Source: Schmidtea nova (taxonomy: Eukaryota). Taken from it: DNA of 64,000 bases. The stretch lies in assembly GCA_044892505.1 (NCBI GenBank), contig CM097883.1, positions 424,328,001 to 424,392,000 of the forward strand. The letters run 5' to 3'. The translations under genes were made by a program, and so were the position numbers. Position 1 is the first letter of the stretch. Every line of letters begins with the position of its first letter. The notes under the pieces were generated by a model. That model ran no database searches, was not told the DNA's origin, and saw only the letters and a program-made list of their open reading frames with translations. Positions 13,601 to 27,150 of the stretch are shown here, piece after piece.

Positions 13601-13937
13601 ACAGTAATTCTAAAAAATTAATAATTTTAAAAATACTGAGTAAAACAAATACTAAATAAAATTTTAAAACTGCCAAAAAATTAAATACATCAATCTTTCT
13701 ATTCCTATTTTACAGATTCTTTCTATCAGACATTCTTACAAAGTCACAAGTATTTTTTTTAATTGTACTCTGGCGTAATGGATCTTTCTGTATCATTCAC
13801 AAAATATTTAGTTTTTGATTTTGTGAGCTCATTTGAAAATTATTGAAAAATAAGATTCTCAATATATCCCAACAATTTTGAAAAAACTATATAGTGAAAA
13901 ATATTTTTTGGATGACTGTTTGTTTTCAAGCAAGTAA

Positions 13938-14125
13938 TAAAAGGTAAAGCTTTGTGATACCGAGTCCAAAACCCTAATAGCCGACTAGTTTTGAGCTTTT
14001 GGCTCTCATCAGTGTTATGCAGGAGACGCGAAATGAGAGCCAATTGAGAGCACTGATGAGCCAAAAGCTCGAAACTAGTGTGCTATTGCGGTTTTGCACT
14101 GGTTTTCACAAAGCTTTACCTTTTA
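13938..14125. repeat. Imperfect long hairpin related to the 2916-4294 foldback family
   Basis: AAAAGGTAAAGCTTTGTGA...ACTAGTTTTGAGCTTTTGGCTC pairs with GAGCCAAAAGCTCGAAACTAGT...TCACAAAGCTTTACCTTTT. It shares AAAAGCTCGAAACTAGT...GCTATTG...TTTGCACTGG with 3840-3890. Confidence 0.8.
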
Positions 14126-14467
14126 TAGCTATATAGTCATCATGAATTATATTTCTTATAATTAATAATTAAAATAAAAATTGATAAAAAGAGAAGTGCA
14201 GCTCTGAAATATAGTAGCATGTGAATTGTTTTAATTGTTGACAAATCTTATAAATGTTGACAATAATTAATTATCGTGAAGTTTCAGAATATAAATTAAA
14301 TAAAGAATTAGTTTGTATTAATTATAATGCAATACTTTATTTATCGAAATTTGTTTATTATAATTATAATTATTAAATACTAACTTTCTCTACAAACCAT
14401 ATGAAATATTTTTTGATTAATTTTATTTAAATATTTTGTTTGTATGGGGACATTTGATAAGTATTAA

Positions 14468-14698
14468 CCCTTTCCTATCCTGTGTCTATAAAAATATGAC
14501 AAAAAAAATTAACCATTCTATCCTCTGTCTGTAAAAAATGACATTATTTTTGAATAGTTTATTTCCAATGCACTGTCGATTATATTATGACCAACTGTTT
14601 ATAGAGCGATTATGACATTAAATTGTTTTGAACTTTTTTTGAAATTTTATTAGGATTGGAACGGGCGGGACACATAAAATAAAGAAGATAGGAAAGGG
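14468..14698. mobile_element. piggyBac-type MITE
   Basis: TTAA|CCCTTTCCTATC ... GATAGGAAAGGG|TTAA. Confidence 0.85.
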
Positions 14699-16842
14699 TT
14701 AACGATTTGGCAATCTTACAATTTAATTTTTAAAACTTTTAATGTTTGTTTTCCTTAAATTTAATATGATATGATTGATAGATCATTTTTGTTTTATAAT
14801 TAATAATTATTTATTTCTTTGAAGTACATATAGAACGTTACAACATTTATTTTTTGGTAGGTTTCTGGACCGGATTTAAGGTGAGGCTTATGATCAGGTT
14901 CTTATGCAAAGCCTTCCTAAGCTCCTCCCCAATCTTGCATACGTATGAGTAATGTAAATAAAATTTCATTGTTTTGAGTAAAAACATTGTTTATTATTGA
15001 AAAATCTGTCACTACTGTTGAGGTTCGTCTAAAATGGTTCATCATGAGATGAAAGTGCGCGGAGATTGAGGTCAAATTAATAAAAAGGCTGAAAATGTAA
15101 AATTTACAATTGATAAATAAGTACAAAAAGTAGGATAAAAATTTTAAAAAATTAAAAATTGACATATCGGGGGGGGGGGGGGAATCGGTATGTACGGACG
15201 GTAAATGGAGAGACGAGTACAAGTACGAATATGATAATAAAATATCAAATAACCCAATACTACTTTCAGAAAGTTGAACAAATAAATTAAAATAAAAAAA
15301 TTACGTTAGTATTGACGAAACGGTTTCTTAGATTTGGAATGGAAAAGATATCTGTCGAGAAACATAACAAATATCTAGCATCCAATACACAAATATTGTT
15401 ATTCTAACAGTGCCATTTATATAAACAAACCATAATTTCGGTAGTTTAGTCAGCAATTGTAACGTAATTTATCTATAAACATAATTAACATGTTGAAAAT
15501 AAATATTTTTTTTCGGTAAAAGATATTTTATATTTTTTTAAATTTCAAATGAATCTCTTAAAACGTACAGCCCTTAAACTGTAACTTATTTAGGTTATGT
15601 GTAAAACTTGCCCTAATTAGATATAAAAGGACATGGTTTTTTGAAGTGAAATACTACTGTATTATAATCTAAATTTTGCACAAACTACCACTTTTGTGTG
15701 TTTTTTAAAACTTTATTTTACAACCGTTAAACAGAGAAAAATATATACAATAGTTATTACATTAAAATTAAGTGAAAACATTCAATTTAAATTTAATATA
15801 TTTATAAAAATCCTAATGGGGTTTTCAAATGTCCAAAATTTATCTTTTGGCTCTTTTGAATCAAATTCTTTGATTTCATTGGAAAAATTATTTCAAAAAC
15901 ATTTTCAATAATTTCAGAAATTTTCACTTTTTTATAAAGACTATGATAAAAATATTTTTAAGTTACACAAATTTTCGGCACAGCATTTTTCCAACATGTA
16001 TTTACAAACTTGAAAAAGGTTGTGTCGAAAATTCGTATAACTTTCAAAAGTTTTTTTTATCTAGTCTTTATAAAATAATGAAACTGATTATTATCGAAGA
16101 TTTAATATATAATACAGAGAAATTCTCTAACTCAATAGGTATTTTGCTGAATAAATAAAGCACTCAAAAAATAAAAAAAAATTGATTAATTAAAATTCCA
16201 TAGCTGTCACTCTTTATTATTTGTCACTTTAATCCTGAATTAATTTTTTTTAATTTATTTTGTATAAAGCTATTATGTTGTTGTTTTTTAAGATTATTTT
16301 AAATATATATTATAAAAAATTAATCAAAGTTACGAGATAATCCGTGTTACCCTATGGCTACGCTAAGAAGTTATACTGCTATTAGGGTGTCATTTGTTAA
16401 CATGATTAACATGTATAAAGATTCAATGCGCTGTGGTGCCAAATGGCTTCACTAAGTTAATAAGGGACAAGTAATAAAGAGTGATAGTTATGGAATTTTA
16501 ATGAATCAATTTTTTTATTTTTTGTGTACTTTTTTTTATCCAGCAAATACCTATTAAGTTTGAGAATTTCACTGTATTATATATTAAATATATTAAATTT
16601 ACTGTATTAAAATTAACAACTTCACTTTCATTAAATAAATAAATTCATGAATAAATTAACTTCATTTAATTATTTTTTTATATAAATTGCTTATTATTTA
16701 TATATTAATAAATAAGTTGATTTTTTAAAATACAGTAGTGATAATATTTTTATTTACATAAAATTTGAAAAAGTTTGTAAAATTTATTAGTTTTATTTCT
16801 TCGCGTTATCTGACACATTTTCCTATCTTATTGTGTTTCTAG

Positions 16843-17178
16843 GCAGAAGGAAAAATGACTATACCAAGCTCAGAATTGAATAGAGTCCCATGTGATATTG
16901 CTGTTGAAACATTGTTTGCTGTTGCGCAAACCCATAAAAAGAAATGGCAATGTTTCCGGTTTTTAACGATAGATTCAATAAAGTATTCCTACAATGATTT
17001 GGTTAAGAAATTGTTGGGGAGTAAAAGTTACGATAGTATTCCTTTGCTTGCCATGTCAGAATTGACTGTTCAACATGAACATTCAAAGCATGAACCGAAA
17101 CAAGTGATTGATTATGAGATGATCTGTGTCAAATCTCCAATAATCCATTCGGAACCAATGGAACAAGAAAGTAACTAA
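16843..17178 (+). CDS. HDAC4: Class IIa HDAC terminal exon
   Basis: AEGKMTIPSSELNRVPCDIAVETLFAVAQTHKKKWQCF matches the HDAC4 post-catalytic helix (…[25 protein letters not shown]). LLAMSELTV resembles the class IIa C-terminal AMASLSV motif. It ends EPMEQESN* (cf. EEPMEEEPPL). Phase-0 acceptor. Confidence 0.85.
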   Translation, partial: AEGKMTIPSSELNRVPCDIAVETLFAVAQTHKKKWQCFRFLTIDSIKYSYNDLVKKLLGSKSYDSIPLLAMSELTVQHEHSKHEPKQVIDYEMICVKSPIIHSEPMEQESN

Positions 17179-17264
17179 CAAAAGTTTACAAATAATAATT
17201 TAATGTGAGTATGTGTTTGTGTTAATTTTTTGAAAATTTTTTTAAGCTTTGAATAATATTAATA

Positions 17265-17288
17265 ATGTAATTATTAATATTATTATTA

Positions 17289-17364
<76 letters not shown>
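17265..17364. repeat. (ATT)n microsatellite
   Basis: ~100-bp ATT trinucleotide run. Confidence 0.95.
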
Positions 17365-17520
17365 CAATAATTCTCATAATGACTATAGATCAAATTTTTT
17401 TATAAACAATAACACAATATTTCGGCACAGCCTTTATCAAGCTGTGCCGAAATATTGTGTTATTGTTTATAAAAAAATTTGATCTATAGTCATTATGAGA
17501 ATTATTGATAATAATAATAA
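17352..17520. repeat. Perfect ~80-bp-arm hairpin (same family as 3279-3432)
   Basis: 17352-17431 is the reverse complement of 17441-17520, with a 9-nt loop CTTTATCAA. Confidence 0.93.
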
Positions 17521-19299
17521 AAAAAGATCAAAGGTNNNNNNNNNNNNNNNNNNNNNNNNNNNNNNNNNNNNNNNNNNNNNNNNNNNNNNNNNNNNNNNNN
17601 NNNNNNNNNNNNNNNNNNNNNNNNNNNNNNNNNNNNNNNNNNNNNNNNNNNNNNNNNNNNNNNNNNNNNNNNNNNNNNNNNNNNNNNNNNNNNNNNNNNN
17701 NNNNNNNNNNNNNNNNNNNNNNNNNNNNNNNNNNNNNNNNNNNNNNNNNNNNNNNTCTTGGTAGCAGCATTATTTAAATATTAAATAATTAACAAGTAAC
17801 AGAATAAAACTTTGCTGCAAAATTTTATTAGGTGAAATTTTGCAACAAAGGCTTTTTTTGTTCTTGTTAATTATTATTATTATAAATTAATAATTTTATT
17901 TGTGTAATAAATTTAAAATTAAGTTATTAACTAATATTTTTTCAATTAATTTTTTGAAAATCGAAAAATTGATATTACTGGAAAGAACAAATTTTATTAA
18001 TTTTATTTAATTTTAATTTTATTTTATTACAATCAAATCGGCAGATTTTGTAATTTTAATGTTTAACATTACAATTTTATAAATAATTTTTTTCACTTTT
18101 TTCACGCGAGTTAATAACATGATAGAATTATAAATATCAGTCATTTGATTGCAATGATTTTGTTCAATTTTTTCTATTCGGTTCTTGTACAGGTTTCGGT
18201 TTTTACATTTATTTGATTTTGTTTGATGTTTCTTTTTCTTGGNNNNNNNNNNNNNNNNNNNNNNNNNNNNNNNNNNNNNNNNNNNNNNNNNNNNNNNNNN
18301 NNNNNNNNNNNNNNNNNNNNNNNNNNNNNNNNNNNNNNNNNNNNNNNNNNNNNNNNNNNNNNNNNNNNNNNNNNNNNNNNNNNNNNNNNNNNNNNNNNNN
18401 NNNNNNNNNNNNNNNNNNNNNNNNNNNNNNNNNNNNNNNNNNNNNNNNNNNNNNNNNNNNNNNNNNNNNNNNNNNNNNNNNNNNNNNNNNNNNNNNNNNN
18501 NNNNNNNNNNNNNNNNNNNNNNNNNNNNNNNNNNNNNNNNNNNNNNNNNNNNNNNNNNNNNNNNNNNNNNNNNNNNNNNNNNNNNNNNNNNNNNNNNNNN
18601 NNNNNNNNNNNNNNNNNNNNNNNNNNNGATTTTGTAATTTTAATATTTAACATTACAATTTTATAAATAATTTTTTTCACTTTTTTCACGCGAGTTAATA
18701 ACATGATAGAATTATAAATATCAGTCATTTGATTGCAATGATTTTGTTCAATTTTTTCTATTCGGTTCTTGTACAGATTTCGGTTTTTACATTTATTTAA
18801 TTTCGTTTGATGTTTCTTTTTATTGGAAAATTTTCTGAAAAGAGATGTTTCAAATTTATCATAACACATTCAATGTCATGAGAATCACAGGTGATATTTA
18901 GTAAAAGGCTTTTCCGTTTATGGTGGCACTGGACTTGTCAATCACATGTCCTTTTTTGCATTTTATTTTGTTATATACTTTTATTTTTAATGAGAAATAT
19001 GATCGTAATGTGATCTAGATAATTCAAGGAGATCAAATTATTACTCATTTGTGAAATTGCATTTTTAAGAATTTATTAAGAATACAAAACTAACAAATTC
19101 AAAAATATTTATTACCTTTATTTATCTTTTTGTTTGGATATTATTCGTTTTGGTATCTGCATAATAAATGAATTTTATATTTTAAATTTTGATAATTCTC
19201 GGAAGTTTTGCGGTAAAATAAATTTCTAAAAACTCCCTTTTAGCTTATTTTATACGATATATTGTTTTTTTCTAAGTTTTATATTTTGATTGATAAAAT

Positions 19300-21500
19300 T
19301 GTTTTAACCTTATACTAGTCACTTTCTAAATTAATTTTACCTTCACTTGTTTGTACAACATCAAATTTGTACACTTTTTTTCGGTGTCCACGTCTAGGTG
19401 GGAATTATTAAAAAAGGAGATAGGACCAAAAGGCCTTGTTCCAAAAAGAATATGTGATACTCGGTGGTCTGCTAGAGCAGATGCAGTTAAAGCACTTAAA
19501 TTAGGATATGAGTCTTTTAAAAAGGCACTACAAAACATTATTAAAGATATAACGAAAAAACCAGTTGAAAAAATAGAAGCCCAGGGACTATTAAAACAAT
19601 TAAATTTTCTTGAAACCGGTATAATACTATCATTTTGGTTCGATATATTAAATGCAATTAATGGGGCAAGTAAAACACTTCAAAAATTTGAAATAAACAT
19701 TGAAGTAGGTGTTAAAATATATAATAGTTTATATGTATTTCTGCAGAGCAAACGAGAGTTAGAGTCTTTCAATTTTTATAAAAAAGAAGGAATTTTAATA
19801 ACTGGGTGCCAAGATTTTAAAACAACTAGGCAACATAAAAGAAAAAAACAATTCGACGAAAGTAGTACACCAGATCATTTGTTTTGTAGTGATACGAATT
19901 TTCGTATAAATTCATATTACGTAATTCTTGATAAACTTCTCCTAGAAATAAATAAAAAAAAATGTAGTTATGATGAAATATATTTAAAATTCGGATTTAT
20001 TTTCGATTTAAAAATTTAGATGATACTGAAATCAGGGAGAAAGCCTCAAAATTATGTGAAATATACACAGTGGCGGAACTTCAAAATTTGGGCCCCCCCG
20101 CAAAAGAATGTTTTTTTTAAAAAAATAAAGCTTTGCATATTAAATAGATATTTATTTCATATATCATATATCATATTTAAAAACAAAAAATTAAATAAAG
20201 ATAAAGATAACTTAAAAACGAAAATGAGAACATACATTTAAAAGTTAATTTGTATATGCAACGACATAACAAATAATATTGTTTATATTTTAAAAATATT
20301 GAATATGCAACTAAGAACTTATAAATTGAAGAACTTCTTACAGTTTAAAAAAATTTATACGCAACAAATTATTACTTTTACCGAATTCAGTCTAATTGTC
20401 TAATTCATACACAAACACAACATAACGGTATAAAAATTAACTATACAATAAAATCTGGCAGTTCGCAGCTGATAATCGTACTTTATTTCTCAATTGCGTA
20501 TGCAATTTTAAAAAGGTTAAAACTTTTCGTTTAAATGTAAACTACGCACTCCAATACAAAAATAAATTTTTGAACAATATATTTTAATACGATGGATGAC
20601 ATTTTTTTATCCAAGTTTTATATTTTAGGGCCCACTATACCTGCGGAAAAGAGTTTTATAGTATAAATATTATTGAGAGTATAATTTTTTTTATATGAGG
20701 GCCCCCTATAGCTGGTAGCCCCCCCCCCCCGCAACGCAGGGTCCTGCGTCCAGTAGTTCCGCCGCTGAATATACACGAACGATCTAGATAAAAGTTTAAT
20801 TGAAGAATGCCTATATTTTAAAAATTTTACTGTCCATAACAAAACTGGTACTGAAAATTCACAATCAGAAATTCTTTTAAAAACAATAATTGAGTCTGAT
20901 ATCGGATCCACTTTTCCAAACATAGAAATTACGTTAAGAATATTTATGAGTATAGGATTAACTAACTGTTCAGGTGAAAGATCTTTTTCGCTTCTAAAAA
21001 GATTAAAAAATCATCTTCGTTCTTCCTTGCGACAAGAAAAATTTAATAATTTAAGTATATTAGCCATTGAGTCTGAATTTTTTGAAAGTATTGACTGTGA
21101 AGAAATAGTTGATAGTTTTGCAAGACATAAATCTAGAAAGAAAAAAATATTGTAATCGTTTTTCTTCATTATACATATTAATTCTATTTAATGTTATATT
21201 TTGATATTTATGTTTGAAAGAAATTTATTTTTTTCTTAATTTTTTTGTTTAAAGAAAACATTAGACTGTTGAATTTTTGTAAGCTAATGTTAATTTAATA
21301 TTATTTTTTTATTGTTTTTTTTTGTTCGTTTGTTAACCTAGTCATTGAAATAAAATGATGTAATATATAATATTAATATATGTATATGCAATAATGTGTA
21401 ATATTATTAATAAACATAATATATTTTTGTAAAAATTGTTTTTTTAGGGGCGCATTATAGTTTATAGCACAGAGGCGACAAATTTCTAAAGACGCCTTTG
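19300..21500 (+). mobile_element. hAT transposon remnant (ZMYM1-like transposase C-terminal half) split by a MITE
   Basis: RICDTRWSARADAV (19351-20019), one frameshift near 20015, then after removing the MITE: …KLCEIYTNDLDKSLIEE…FPNIEITLRIFMSIGLTNCSGERSFSLLKRLKNHLRS (hATC dimerisation domain) ending at 21155. Right TIR-like CTAAAGACGCCTTTG ends at 21500. The left end was not found. Confidence 0.85.
20068..20767. mobile_element. hAT-type MITE with perfect TSD
   Basis: TIR CAGTGGCGGAACT / AGTTCCGCCGCTG. 8-bp TSD AATATACA at 20060-20067 and 20768-20775. Confidence 0.92.
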
Positions 21501-23607
21501 ACAACATGTATCGTACTTTGGGTTATTTTTTACAAAGTAAATGTTATCCTTAAAAATTAAGGTATTTTTTTCAGATTTTTAAGTGTTTATGTTATTTTTG
21601 TAAGGATTTTAAGGGCTTCAGGCCTTATAAATTCTTTCAACTTGTGCTCAATTCAACAGAAAATATTACCGTTCTATAATAATAAGTAATATAAGTAAAT
21701 ATTTTTAAAAAATTCCTGGTTGTTATCTTAACACAAAATAGAACATAAGTTAGGATTTAAGAGTGAGTTAGTTTATAATTGCAGCGGGGAAACGTTTCCT
21801 ATATAAAGTCATTTCTTGTAACTAAGGGCTAAGGGCCGAAATAAAATTAAAATTTAATTATTATTACTGTTTCGATTATTATAAATAAATTATTATGGCA
21901 TATGTGCCAACTTTCTCACGCCGGTGATAGAAATGGTTTTTTGTACACTATTTTTAACAGCGATTTTTAAACAAAAAATGCAAATTAGGTCGTATGAAAA
22001 ACAGGCCTTTATACGAACAAACTCAAAGATGCATTGACAAATTTGCGCTATTTTATATTTTTCTGTATATAACAAAGGCCGTTGTTGTAAATAAATTTAT
22101 TACTTCAACTTTAACTCCATGTTACGTGACAGATGAAATATGTATAAAAAACCTTTCTTTTTCTGTATGATTGGATTATCTTCTTAATTTTTTTCGGTGC
22201 CCGAAAATGCATCTGTATCGTTCCAATCCAAAGTAAAGGCGGTTAAGTAAAGACCTTCTTTAAGAGCCACTGATTTAAACAAAAAATTTGAATTTTCACA
22301 TCTTGATGAAAATTAAATTTCTTTAATTGTATTAGTCAAGACAAAAATAATAAATTAAAGTTTTAATTTGATATTCATTGCGATTTCTAATGGTAGACGC
22401 GTGTTGAGCTCATTTGACTTGTATAATTACTATATTAGAAACTCTTCTGTCGTTAGAAATCGTATTGAATATCATGTTAAACTTAATTTTAATCAATAAC
22501 TCATCAAAAACTAATAACGATGTAAAATATTAAATGTATAATTATTAATAAAAATTAAAAAACTTTTGTGTTTATCTAAGTTGTTCTTTTCAATCATACG
22601 TCATTTGTTGTTGATTCAATGTCGATGTTTGTTAAATTTTCCCCAGGAAATATTTTTACAAAACCAATTTTAAGGATTTATAATTTAAAAAAATTTTAAG
22701 TTAATTTGTATTTAAAATTAATAAAATGTTATGAAAATAGTTATAGAATTTTGATGGAAAATCATATTCAAATACAGTGATGCCTCACATAACGAACTCT
22801 GTGCACAACGAACTATCTATTCGTATATTACGTGACCCACACAACGGGCTGCTTCGCATTTCATCTTGCTGCTCAAATGCACCTGTGTATCACGAAGTAG
22901 CGCGTAGCCGATGCTAAAACTTCCACGAACATGCTTATTTCACGCACGTGTTTGTTTTAATAAATGTATTTTGTGTTAAAAAAAATTTTTTTAATAGAAT
23001 TGATTCGTTTGTATATTTAACCAGTCAAAGTGACTAATCATATAGTTTTAGTTTTAATTACTCATAAATAGTTAAATCAACAATCCACTTAATCGCTTAT
23101 TTCTTGTTTAAAAGAAAAATTTTAAAAGAAACAAAAATAGACATGTCTGAAATTCAATAAATAATACAGGGGAAAATAGACTATTGAAATAAATTTTAGT
23201 ACTAGCCAACTAAATTAATGGCTATCAAAAAAAAATCATTTGTTGTTACTTGATATACGCGTAGTATTGTGATTGCATAATGAAACGGAAATCTCGGATC
23301 TCACCTGTTTCGGAAAAATATTAATTTGCTTCATATTCGAGGACAACACAGTTCTAAATTTTTAGAAACATTTATGGTAAATAATTAGTTAATTATGAAA
23401 TTTAAAATAAATTAAAATTATATTAGTATTTATTTTAAAACTAAAAAAATGGTAACATAAAATTCCATTTTTTAAAATATATTAATGCAATATATTTCAA
23501 CAGCTTAGCTGTCATCATCAGGCTTTCCACAATCTCAATAAAATAAAAATTGATATTATTTATACGCTTAATATTGATTACATAATTACATGTGCATAAT
23601 CCAAAAA

Positions 23608-23846
23608 AACTTTTATTTACCCTAGTAAAATTAATTAAACACTCTCAAAATGCATGTATATATTGCATTTTGTATGTTTATTTTAGGATTAAATGATTTT
23701 ATCATCAAAGCCTCACAATTCACACGTTCATAATAATTTTTAAAACCCCTAGAAAGTCATTTAATCCTAAAATAAACATACAAAATGCAATATCTACATG
23801 CATTTTGAGAGTTTTTAATTAATTTTACTAGGGTAAATAAAAATTT
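23608..23846. repeat. Long inverted repeat (~93-bp arms, ~52-bp spacer), probable palindromic MITE
   Basis: TTTATTTACCCTAGTAAAATTAATTAAA...TTTTAGGATTAAATGA vs TCATTTAATCCTAAAA...TTAATTAATTTTACTAGGGTAAATAAA, with few mismatches. Confidence 0.85.
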
Positions 23847-24227
23847 TATTATATTGTGCACGTGTGATTATGTAATCACTATTAAGCGTATAAATAAGAT
23901 CAATTTTTATTTTATTGAGATTGTGGAAAGCCTGATGATGACAGATAAGCTATTGAAATATATTGCATTAATATATTTAAAAAATGGTGTTCTTTTATTT
24001 ATTTTAATAAATTGCCATTTTTATTTTATAGTTTACACATAAAATTAATTAAAAAATTTAATTTTTAAATATTTTTTATAGTAAAATTTATAATAAAAAG
24101 TAGATTACGAAATTCTGGCCAGGAACTAATGAGTTTATATTGTAGAAATTACAGAAACTAATAATTTTGAATATTATTATTATCAAATAAAATTGCAGGG
24201 TTTTAAATTACGAAATATGTCACTTAA

Positions 24228-24416
24228 CCACTTAACGTACGTGTCTGTGACATAGACGGGCGAACATTATATTTACTTACGTGGTTTTACATGCTAGTTC
24301 AAGACGCGGGCGAGTTCTAATATTTGTATAAACACCTGTACTAAATATTTGCGATCAACTAAAACATTCGATCATTTTTTGATCAAAAATTCAAATTAAA
24401 TGTGTACATTAAGTGG
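24228..24416. mobile_element. piggyBac-type MITE
   Basis: TTAA|CCACTTAACGTAC ... GTACATTAAGTGG|TTAA (1 mismatch). Confidence 0.8.
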
Positions 24417-24572
24417 TTAAAAATATAAAATTTGTACAGTATATTTCGACGGATCTACTGTCATTCTAATGTGTAGGGTTTTTAACCATTTTTTACGGTA
24501 CACTTGAAACTAAGTAAATTTTTGAGACACTTAAATTATAAGAGTGACAATAAAGATTTTATTTTTCATAAT

Positions 24573-25530
24573 TTATTTATTGACACAAAGCAATTGATTA
24601 TAATTTCTTGTCACAGAAGTCTTTAATTCATCAGTGTCAATCATTAGCTTACCTTTCAGATGTTTTTTAAGATAGCCAAACGAGAAAAAGTCGCCCGGGG
24701 CCAAATCCGGACTGTATGGCGGATGCTGGAGCTCCACGAAGCCACTTTCCTGAATTGCAGACAATCCCAATGCACGTTTGTGAATTGGAGCGTTATCATG
24801 CAAAAGAAACAATGTTTGTCCATGGGACTTTTGTCTCTTCTTTCTTTGCGACTTCAATGATATCAGCGTAATACTTTCGTTTAGTTCCCCTAACCGACAA
24901 ATCTTTATGGATGATAACATGTGAATCCAAGAAAATTGTCATCATGAAATCTCAAAGATGAGATGTTGTACTTTTAAATTTTCTTGAACTTGACTCCGAG
25001 GTAATTTCCATTCTTTAGATGATCGTCTGTCCTCAGGAATGTATAAATACGATGACGTTTCCTCTTCAGTCACAATATTCATCTAACATTCTGTCAATAA
25101 TTTCAGCAAACAGTTGAAGGTTCTCAACGCAGTATTGAAAACGTCTTTCACACAATTAAGAGCTAAACAATATGAACAAATCTCGAACATAATTTTTTAA
25201 TTCCCAATGACTTCAGCATGTTATTAATAGTACCATAACTAACAATAATTCGGAGCTAGGTTTTGTTTCATTGATTTACGAGCCTTGGAGACCAAATTCT
25301 TCAATTCCACAAATTTTTCTTCTGCAATTTCTAGAGGCTTTCTTGATTTTTCATTAGCTTTAAAGAAATTTCTTTCATTCTTAAATTGTTTAATCCACTT
25401 GTAATTCATAGATCGTGATGGGGCTTGTTCACCATCTGCTTCTTGTAGTTGTTACATTATTTCATTGGGCTCAATTTTTCTAAAAATCAGAAACCGGATC
25501 ACGCTGCTCTTTTTTATTAATTACCAGTAA
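24573..25530 (-). pseudogene. Degenerate mariner transposase
   Basis: LLHDNAPIHK and QHPPYSPDLAPGDFFSFGYLKKHLKG (24573-24920). N-terminal HTH remnant KKEQRDP…QEADGEQAPSRSMNYKWIKQFK near 25380-25520. Confidence 0.85.
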
Positions 25531-27056
25531 GTATTTGTAGCTTAAATTGCATTATTGTGTCAGATTTTTTAATAGAGTATTCTACGGACTTTTAGACGTC
25601 ACCACTATGGGTTTTTTAATCGATTGTTCATGAATCAATGCTAATTAGCAAACGAATATACAGCCATACCTCGGTTAGCGTTGCCCCAAACAACGTTGTT
25701 TTGCTGTAATGTTGATCCACCATTATAATCACATAGCACTATTACGCGGCCTAGCTTCGCTGTAGCGTTTTTTTAATATAATTATTTTTTCAAATTCTAA
25801 GCAAGCGTTTTATTATTATCATAATAGATGTATTTTTATACTAAGATATTTAATTGCCTCGTATAACGTTGTTTCGGTTAACGTCGCCTTTTCTGGAACC
25901 ATTTAACAGCGTTAACTGGGGTAAATTTTTATGAAACTATATATCCGTGATGGCACTCGACGACGCGTTTATGGCGTCTGGTTTAAATAAAATATTGAGC
26001 AACATTAGCCTAAATAATTCCATATAATTTTGAAATTTTATCAAAAAGCTTAGCAACTTAGCGATTTGTGAGACATTGATCAATGGGGTCTTAAGATCCT
26101 AAAATTTATTTATTCTTCTGATTTTTATTTATTTTTGATTGACAGTTTTCAATGGACGCGCAGGTTTATTTATTTGTTAAAATAAAGCACCGAAAGTTTA
26201 AAATTTTTTTTTATTGTTTTCATTTAGAATTATTGTGTATAATGGTCAATTGAATGGTTCGGAGAAACTATTTGTATTTATACTTGCTAAAAGCATATTG
26301 GGATTTTAATCTATTAGTATGACCTTGAAATTTAATATTGTTAGTTTTTCATTTACTTTTGTTAGTTTTAAAATTTCATATTTTCTTGGCTGTTATTTTA
26401 CTTTTTCAATAATGTGGTTCTGAAAACCTTAAAAACAATTAATTGATATCAAAATTTATACAAAATAACCAATAATAATTAAAATACGGAACTAATATCG
26501 TCAAATTTAAATAAAACATGATTAAATTAGAAACTAACACTCATAAATTTCAAGGTCACACTAATAGTTGAAAAACCAAATGACTAATATTGTCAATAGA
26601 TTTTCATCATTTTCATTTGAAAATTATTTTCATTAAAAATATTGATTAAAATGTTTATGGAGTTCAGTAATTAATTTTAAATCGTTAATATTATTATTAA
26701 AATTGATTCGAAGTCTTTATTTTCAGACTGGTAATTCATCTCAGTTTTTGTCTTCTCATTGGTCCAAAGCATCTGCCTCGTCTAAGATTTTATTAAATTT
26801 TTGAATCATTCGTTACTATCCGTTGTTGGTCATGGATGATTTAAGAATTTGTAAATTATCGAAACAGAAAATCATTCTGTTTTTCTGTTGTATTTTTTGG
26901 AATTTTAATGAACAGTTGTTTATAATATTTTTAGCTAAAGAACTTATTTTTCGTCGTTGTGCTTCAAATGATGTTAAAACGCACAACAAAGTTGGTATGG
27001 CACAAATCTACATTAACACTTGATTGTATTTGTAATTTTACTATTATTGTATGTAT

Positions 27057-27057
<1 letters not shown>

Positions 27058-27104
<47 letters not shown>

Positions 27105-27150
27105 TATTATTATTACTGTTATTATTATTACTGTTATTATTTTTATTATT
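27058..27150. repeat. (ATT)n microsatellite
   Basis: Long ATT/ACT trinucleotide run. Confidence 0.9.

Larger units (their letters stand above)
9288..16842 (+). other. ~7.5-kb GT-AG intron of the HDAC4-like gene, filled with MITEs, TE remnants and (AT)n
   Basis: GTTAGT donor and TGTGTTTCTAG acceptor join the two exons in frame (…PLKE|AEGKMTIP…). Confidence 0.8.

Noticed and set aside
18045-18830. ~200-bp direct repeat on both sides of the gap at 18243-18628
   Set aside because: Near-identical sequence flanking a gap is most simply an unmerged allelic or contig overlap, not a biological repeat.
2885-18869. Track ORFs made mostly of X (2885-3320, 4008-4226, 6468-6653, 17495-17777, 18174-18869)
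   Set aside because: They are open only because they run through N gaps.
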